Virus record (IMG/VR): IMGVR_UViG_3300032245_001860
Location: 248,001-312,000 of that record
Length of the DNA: 64,000 nucleotides
Strand: one strand, 5' to 3'
Below the pieces are notes generated by a model. It did not search any database and was not told the DNA's origin. It worked only from the letters and a program-made list of their open reading frames with translations. The position numbers and the translations under genes are program-made. This document shows, one piece after another, positions 58,585 through 64,000 of the stretch (positions within the stretch are counted from its first letter, which is position 1; each line of letters starts with the position of its first letter).

Positions 58585-59121
58585 ATGGAAAAAGAATCAA
58601 AGTGGACACAAAAATATAAAGATTCTATCGATTGCAGCAAACCACAAAAAGGCTTCAGTCAAAGAGCCCATTGCCAAGGAAAAAAGAAAAAGAAAAAATC
58701 TAAGGCATCTGTTTTGGAAACCTTGAATAAGATAGCAATTCAGCTTGAAAATTCTGGTAAGTTTTCATTAGCATCAGAAGTCAATGACGTTTTTATTAAG
58801 GTAGCAAATAAATTCAAACCAGAATATAAAGTTCCTTTTCCTATGAATCTTGATGACGCTTTAAACAATTATGATTCAAGCAATTATGAAGTTGATGTTG
58901 AAGGCGATTGGGAAGAAACTGAGCCTATTTCAGATTTTAGAGAAGAAGCTTCGGATGATTTACTTCATTCACCAGCAGCAGTCGATGATAATCACTTAAT
59001 TTTCTATAACGAAGATGAAGATCATGTTGAAGTAATGAATATGGTTCCTAAACATCATTTAGATAGTTTACATAAAAATCCAAGCAAACAAACTAAATTC
59101 ATAAAAAGAGCCGAAGACTAA
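58585..59121 (+). CDS. protein with basic Cys/His module, internal leader motif and acidic tail
   Basis: KWTQKYKDSIDCSKP.KGFSQRAHC module, then LNKIAIQLENSGKFSLASEVNDVFIKVA; ATG 58585. Confidence 0.75.
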   Translation: MEKESKWTQKYKDSIDCSKPQKGFSQRAHCQGKKKKKKSKASVLETLNKIAIQLENSGKFSLASEVNDVFIKVANKFKPEYKVPFPMNLDDALNNYDSSNYEVDVEGDWEETEPISDFREEASDDLLHSPAAVDDNHLIFYNEDEDHVEVMNMVPKHHLDSLHKNPSKQTKFIKRAED

Positions 59122-59122
59122 A

Positions 59123-59143
59123 AAGGGGAGCAATGCTCCCCTT
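59123..59143. terminator. intrinsic terminator between convergent genes
   Basis: aaggggagc-aat-gctcccctt. Confidence 0.8.
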
Positions 59144-59144
59144 G

Positions 59145-59993
59145 TTATTTATTTCTAATCAATAGTTCAGTTGCTGGTTTTGCTTCATAACCATCATCTG
59201 TCTTCTTTCTTCTTCCTGCTGTGTAAGTAACAGGGAATTTATCCACTAAAAGACCAGTATTATCAAAGAAACCATCTTCTATATCTCTGTTGCATAAAAA
59301 CACGTCAGATTGCTTATTTGACCTTACAAAATTCAGTAGTTTATTTTGATCATCATCTGAAAACTCTTGACCGTAAGAAGTAAACGATCCTCTGTATGGT
59401 GGATCTAAAAATATAAAATGTTCAGGCTCATCTACAGCATAACTTACTGCATCAGACCAATCACCAGAAAGCACTGATGCAGTTTGCAATTTGTCATGCC
59501 ACCATTCAACTACTTCTTTTTCATACACTTTATCTTTTTGATTTAGTAAACCAGATGGCGTTCCGTATCTATTGTTTGTATTGATATTAAGTTGATAGAT
59601 ACCATTAAAACCTGTTTTCATTAAAAAATAAAGTACAGCTGCTTCTTTGACAGTATCCCAAGCTGCATAATCATAAGCATGTTGATGTCTTAAAGAATAA
59701 TAGTAATCTTTTCTACCAGCTTTATCTAATGGTAAATATTCTTTTGACATTTCATCCATAAAATTAATGAAATCTTCGTGATTATCTCTGATCGTTTTGT
59801 ATATACGAACAATATCACTGTTGACATCATTGATGATAAGATGCTTTGGATTATAATGTTCAACTACATGAATGAACATTGCTCCACCGCCAAAAAATGG
59901 TTCTATATAAGTTTTGACCGATTTTGGCATGAATGGCTTATAATGCTTAAGCATTTTATTCTTACCGCCAGCCCAAATAAATAAAGGTTTCAT
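59145..59993 (-). CDS. Dam-family (D12 class) N6-adenine DNA methyltransferase
   Basis: KPLFIWAGGK, YIEPFFGGGA, IINDVN, FLDPPY. Confidence 0.93.
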   Translation of the reverse strand: MKPLFIWAGGKNKMLKHYKPFMPKSVKTYIEPFFGGGAMFIHVVEHYNPKHLIINDVNSDIVRIYKTIRDNHEDFINFMDEMSKEYLPLDKAGRKDYYYSLRHQHAYDYAAWDTVKEAAVLYFLMKTGFNGIYQLNINTNNRYGTPSGLLNQKDKVYEKEVVEWWHDKLQTASVLSGDWSDAVSYAVDEPEHFIFLDPPYRGSFTSYGQEFSDDDQNKLLNFVRSNKQSDVFLCNRDIEDGFFDNTGLLVDKFPVTYTAGRRKKTDDGYEAKPATELLIRNK

Positions 59994-60517
59994 TAATTTT
60001 CCTTACCCAAATACGCCATCATTATACTTTCAATTTCTTGTTCTGTAAATCCATTCTCATTCAGAAAAAATACACAGCTTAATGGATCTAACTTTTTCAT
60101 TGTCTCTGAAAACTTATGTAATATTTTTCCTTCACAACATCCACTTCCAGATAAAAATGTAATATATTTTACTTGTGGATTTAACATTTTGCAAAGTATA
60201 TAGTTTTTGCCCCATCTTTCTATTGCATTCCCATCTTGGCCTTGATGCTTGCTTTCAAATACATAACAAAGATTTCTCTGCTTGCCTCTTGGTTGATCAA
60301 ACCAAAATCCGCCATCAGGTACACAACCTAAACTAACATCAAGATTGACAAATTCTGGAAGTTTTCTTTTGCCATTTTTATCGTTGTAATGTTCTTTTTC
60401 AAAATAATATTTGCTGCGTAGAGATGATGCAATTTTGTTCATTGCTTTTTTAGTGTTATCATCTAAGCTTTTTGATTCACGGGTAGTTGCGATATCACCC
60501 CTGCCACCTTTACTCAT
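59993..60517 (-). CDS. compact EcoRI-like PD-(D/E)xK restriction endonuclease
   Basis: VPDGG...FESKHQG..GNAIERWGKN parallels EcoRI PDGG...EAKHQG...GNAIERSHKN; TAATG-coupled to the methylase. Confidence 0.75.
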   Translation of the reverse strand: MSKGGRGDIATTRESKSLDDNTKKAMNKIASSLRSKYYFEKEHYNDKNGKRKLPEFVNLDVSLGCVPDGGFWFDQPRGKQRNLCYVFESKHQGQDGNAIERWGKNYILCKMLNPQVKYITFLSGSGCCEGKILHKFSETMKKLDPLSCVFFLNENGFTEQEIESIMMAYLGKEN

Positions 60518-60534
60518 AAAAAATACCTCAAAGT

Positions 60535-60562
60535 AGGTGAAAAATATACACCCCTGTAAAAG
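60535..60562 (+). promoter_or_regulatory. candidate phage promoter AGGT-N17-GTAA
   Basis: AGGT 60535-60538, GTAAAAG from 60556. Confidence 0.45.
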
Positions 60563-60595
60563 TATATCATAAGTTTAAATATAAAGGCAATACTT

Positions 60596-61399
60596 ATGGA
60601 TAAATGGCGAATAATTGAAGCTAAAAATCATGGTGGATTGGATGATTGGTTTAACAAAGAAAAATGGGTAGATGTCTCTCGTCCTAAAAAGAAAGGCAAA
60701 GGATATGAGCCTTGTGGACGTGGCGATACTTCAAAAGGAAAAAAACCAGTTTGCACTCCTGCTAATAAAGCTAAGAATCTTACCGAAAAAGAACGCAAAA
60801 ACAGAATTCGCCAAAAAAGAAAAAAAGAAAAAGAACCAAATCCGGACAAGAAGCCAAATAATACAACATATTCTCCTGGCGCTGGTGGAAAATCAAATGT
60901 TTCTGAAACCAACAATATAAGATTTGTTGGAAGTATAATTCCATTATCGGAATTACGTCCAAAACAACCTAAATTTGTTAAAATTGCAATCTTAGGCGAA
61001 GAAGATGAAATCCCATCTACTGAAATATCTGGAATGTTTTCAGAACAAGATGATAAAATATCAGCTATGGCAGAACAAATTCAAGAAGAAGCATTTACAA
61101 AACTTGCTGAAATACTATCTCATCAAATGGGTTTAAGTGGTCCTGACGCTCCTTCAATAAGCTCTATAAAGTATTATGAAAATCCAGTTCAAGAAGAAAT
61201 GACTGAACAAGAATACCTTAGATTTATACGTCATAAAAGTGCTGTAATTCGTAGCATGCATAAACAAGCTAAAGAAAATTCAGATTCTAAAATGTATGAA
61301 ATTACATACAAAATGGCAGTCAATGGTTCTAATCCTTTTAATTATTCGGATATTGTAAAAGTAGTTAGGGAAGTTTTAGAAAATTCAAATTCCAATTAA
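60596..61399 (+). CDS. protein with basic DUF5872-like module and acidic C-terminal domain
   Basis: GGLDDWF.KEKWVD...CGR...PVCTP...RQKRKKE; domains separated by KFVKIA. Confidence 0.7.
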   Translation: MDKWRIIEAKNHGGLDDWFNKEKWVDVSRPKKKGKGYEPCGRGDTSKGKKPVCTPANKAKNLTEKERKNRIRQKRKKEKEPNPDKKPNNTTYSPGAGGKSNVSETNNIRFVGSIIPLSELRPKQPKFVKIAILGEEDEIPSTEISGMFSEQDDKISAMAEQIQEEAFTKLAEILSHQMGLSGPDAPSISSIKYYENPVQEEMTEQEYLRFIRHKSAVIRSMHKQAKENSDSKMYEITYKMAVNGSNPFNYSDIVKVVREVLENSNSN

Positions 61400-61418
61400 A
61401 ACGAATAAAAAGGATTAC

Positions 61419-62090
61419 ATGGAAACTATTTTTATTATTAAGAATTTTAAAAGAACAAAAGATTGTGTCTTGACTATTAAGAGTATTAGGCATTTTTGTG
61501 ATAATGAAATACATATTCTACATTTATTTAATGAAAGTATTGACGAATACAAAACATCAGAACTTTCATATAATGAAGAATTAATGAGTATGGGTGTAAT
61601 CCAATTTTTTGGTAAAACAAAGTATAATTGTGGTCCAGGTTGTTTAAGTCCAGTGAATGGTTTGTATTATTCTGAGGGATTGAATTATTGTTCTGAAATT
61701 TTTAAGGGTCAAAACAAAAAAGTAATATTTTTAGATGAAAATCATTTTTTCACTACAGGTGAAACAATTAAATTTTTATTAGATAATGATTATGATTTTG
61801 CTTATGGAACTTGGGGCGATCCTACACTTAGTGGTGAAGATGAAAATACGTTGCCTAATTGCTCATTATTAGGTTTTAATTTTTTTAATTTAAAACATTT
61901 ATTTCCTATCCAAGAAGTCATAATGTTTTGTGAACCTCTAATCAGTCAAGAAATTCTTGCTAAAATCACAGACAAATCTCGTATTTATAAAATACCAACC
62001 AGAATAAGAGACAATTATTGTGGAGATGGTTTTTGGACTAATGATTATGATCAAATGTATGATGCTTTGCAAAAAAGTGGAATCGTATAA
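61419..62090 (+). CDS. putative GT-A fold glycosyltransferase
   Basis: N-terminal IFIIKNFKR...TIKSIR strand-helix and VIFLDEN in the DxD-like position. Confidence 0.5.
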   Translation: METIFIIKNFKRTKDCVLTIKSIRHFCDNEIHILHLFNESIDEYKTSELSYNEELMSMGVIQFFGKTKYNCGPGCLSPVNGLYYSEGLNYCSEIFKGQNKKVIFLDENHFFTTGETIKFLLDNDYDFAYGTWGDPTLSGEDENTLPNCSLLGFNFFNLKHLFPIQEVIMFCEPLISQEILAKITDKSRIYKIPTRIRDNYCGDGFWTNDYDQMYDALQKSGIV

Positions 62091-62117
62091 AAAAATATTA
62101 TTATAAGGAAAAATAAA

Positions 62118-62699
62118 ATGATCAAGTTTGCATCACATGTTATTGAAGTAGGAAAATTATTTCCTAAATCTGGCAAACAACAAAAGTTTGTCAAAGTTGC
62201 TATGGGGCCTGGATTATCTATGCTTGCTGGTGGTTTAGAAAAAGCTGTTGAACAGTTGGCTTCTAAACTTCATGAAAAATGGGCAGAAGGTTTTAGAGCT
62301 GGTGAAATGGCTAAGGGCAATGAAAACCCTACCAGAATGAAAGATGATGGTATGGGCGGACAGGTAGATATTCTTAATACATCCTATGCAGAATTACCAG
62401 CAAAATGGCAAGCAGAAAATAAAGCACAAGCAGAATCAGCCATTGGATTAGTAGCAAAAGATATGCCTGGAGCAATGGATAATCTTGAAAATTTAGCAGC
62501 TCAAGTTCACGAGCAATGGTTGTCAAGAAACTCCTGGGCTAAAGATGGTCCTTTAGGTGTTGCTTATTCTGAATTACCTGAAGAAGAGAAGCAAAAAGAT
62601 AGGGATGTTATTACTTCAGCTCATGAAATTCTTAGCCAAATGATGGGCGGAGAAGAAGATGTAATGCCTGAAGAAACTGAAGAACCAAGTGAATTTTAA
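62118..62699 (+). CDS. tandem RyR (ryanodine receptor repeat) domain protein
   Basis: LASKLHEKW...SYAELP..WQAENK and LAAQVHEQW...VAYSELPEEEKQKDR. Confidence 0.75.
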   Translation: MIKFASHVIEVGKLFPKSGKQQKFVKVAMGPGLSMLAGGLEKAVEQLASKLHEKWAEGFRAGEMAKGNENPTRMKDDGMGGQVDILNTSYAELPAKWQAENKAQAESAIGLVAKDMPGAMDNLENLAAQVHEQWLSRNSWAKDGPLGVAYSELPEEEKQKDRDVITSAHEILSQMMGGEEDVMPEETEEPSEF

Positions 62700-63124
62700 T
62701 ATTTAGAAATAAATATCTTTTTATTCAACAATAAATCCCAAACCAGTGCAAGTCGTCCTTTTAAAGATAATTGCACTGGTTTTTCTATGTAATCTTCCAA
62801 AATATTTTCTAAAAGTTCTTCAGCACTATTGACAGCGTTTGGGTTATAATCATTGGTAGCAGAGTCAATTACAAACTCATAATATTTAATGGCTTTTTTA
62901 TCAGAAGGAGAATATGCTTCTAAAAATTGTTCCATGGTAAAAGTATAGATGTTGTTAAAAACATCAAAAGCAACCCATATATTTGGATCTATTTCCAAAA
63001 AGGCTTCAGTGTTAGGTATTTTTACTAATTCTGGCTCAAAACAATATCTCGCTTCAATTTGCTGAGGTTGTTTTGATGATAAATTATTATGAAAACTGAA
63101 ATAATGCTGGCTATAAGAGTTCAT
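62696..63124 (-). CDS. hypothetical phage protein
   Basis: WVAFDVFNNIYTFTMEQFLEAY resembles the GDW(I/V)..G..YP...F..TY phage family. Confidence 0.6.
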   Translation of the reverse strand: MNSYSQHYFSFHNNLSSKQPQQIEARYCFEPELVKIPNTEAFLEIDPNIWVAFDVFNNIYTFTMEQFLEAYSPSDKKAIKYYEFVIDSATNDYNPNAVNSAEELLENILEDYIEKPVQLSLKGRLALVWDLLLNKKIFISKY

Positions 63125-63146
63125 AGATATATTAATTGTACATAAA

Positions 63147-63722
63147 TCAAACTGTGTTTTGAAATTTTTCTTTTATTTTAATCAAGGCTTTATTAGCTGT
63201 CATGTTTGCAAATTGCCTTGATACACCATAAATATTTGCTACTTCTTTGAATGTATATCCTTCAATGTAAATCAAAGAAAGTATATTTTTTTCTTTATCT
63301 GACAATATGGATAAATATTCTTCTGTCAATATTTTGTTAATCACTAAAGAATCTGTGATAGAAGATGTTTTACATTTTTCATTTATGTAGTTTTCTTGAA
63401 ATATTTCAGAATCTACAATTTCAGGTATTTTGCTTAAATCTGAAAATGCAGCATTAGGTATTTTTATTAAACCAGTGTCGTATCTTGTGTAATGACTAAG
63501 ATAAAAATTTATATAGTTGTAAATGTGAGTAATAAGCTTGACATTCTTTGCAGGATCAAAAGTCCTGAATGCCTTAATTGCTCCAAGTTTAGCCTCTTGA
63601 ACTAAATCTTCTAAAGCATATTTGCCATGATATCTTTTATGGACAAAATGAGCATGTTTCATTATCAGTTTGTTGTATTGTAAGAGCATTTTTTCTTCAG
63701 CTTTATCTTGCTTAGTTTTCAA
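63147..63722 (-). CDS. phage-encoded sigma70-family RNA polymerase sigma factor
   Basis: Region 2 EDLVQEAKLGAIKAFRTFDP; region 4 LSDKEKNIL...GYTFKEVANIYGVSRQ; start may be ATG 63689. Confidence 0.88.
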   Translation of the reverse strand: MKTKQDKAEEKMLLQYNKLIMKHAHFVHKRYHGKYALEDLVQEAKLGAIKAFRTFDPAKNVKLITHIYNYINFYLSHYTRYDTGLIKIPNAAFSDLSKIPEIVDSEIFQENYINEKCKTSSITDSLVINKILTEEYLSILSDKEKNILSLIYIEGYTFKEVANIYGVSRQFANMTANKALIKIKEKFQNTV

Positions 63723-64000
63723 TTTTTGCTACCCTTGCATATGATTTCCAAACTTCTAAATCAAAATCAGCTACATTCTTTTCATTAAGTTTACACCAAA
63801 ATAAAAACTTATCTTCCCAAAATCTGTAAGTCAAAGGAATTACGGGTGTAGATTTTGGCGCACGATCATCTATATTTTCTTTTATAAACTTGAGAATATG
63901 TGTATCTAATATTGCAATTTTATCTTTGTAAAATGTGTCAGAATGTAAAAGAAAAAATCTACTTGTTTTCATTCCAACACCAGGAATTTCTTCTAATATT
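63712..64000 (-). CDS. HhH-GPD N-glycosylase/AP lyase (OGG-like), 5' end outside the window
   Basis: Frame open to the edge: LEEIPGVGMKTSRFFL (HhH with catalytic Lys), IAILDTHIL, DLEVW. Confidence 0.8.
   Translation of the reverse strand, partial: ILEEIPGVGMKTSRFFLLHSDTFYKDKIAILDTHILKFIKENIDDRAPKSTPVIPLTYRFWEDKFLFWCKLNEKNVADFDLEVWKSYARVAKIEN

Noticed and set aside
1-64000. Stop-codon reassignment, as in some large phages
   Set aside because: Genes are long and tightly packed under the standard code, and TAG and TGA end genes at sensible boundaries
1-64000. tRNA or rRNA genes
   Set aside because: No cloverleaf or rRNA-like sequence recognised in the few intergenic gaps

Overview
AT-rich, gene-dense segment of what is almost certainly a large (jumbo-type) tailed bacteriophage genome, read in the standard genetic code. 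1-2.5 kb: small genes, an SLT lytic transglycosylase and a probable structural gene. 2.5-40.2 kb: one co-directional virion-appendage locus of about 37.6 kb. It holds giant Ser/Thr/Gly/Ala-rich fibre proteins built from a shared set of modules, 12 LamG/ConA-like lectin-fold paralogs in two tandem arrays, three fibres with a shared KSF-IDHP...LEGPE C-terminal domain, and a nitrilase-family gene at the end. 40.2-64 kb: accessory region with DUF1257/DUF2997, two secretin-N-domain-only proteins, sodA, a ferritin-like protein, HesB/IscA, thioredoxin, six DUF3431 paralogs, an O-methyltransferase, a GT-like gene, a GH108 endolysin, an HNH nuclease, an EcoRI-like nuclease with a Dam-family methylase, a RyR-repeat protein, a sigma factor and an OGG-type glycosylase cut by the window edge. 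Strongest candidates for undescribed biology: (1) a promoter-driven, ORF-free, heavily base-paired ~550-nt minus-strand RNA at ~48680-49247, followed by a ~110-nt switch-like RNA; (2) a family of otherwise unrelated proteins sharing a ~30-aa leader ending in K/R-x-A and often preceded by a shared AGGT-N16/17-GTAA motif, a candidate capsid-loading or protease tag system, with one member interrupted by an intein; (3) the modular fibre, lectin array and glycan-modifying enzyme set; (4) barrel-less secretin-like proteins. All family names were assigned by eye from motifs; no searches were run.
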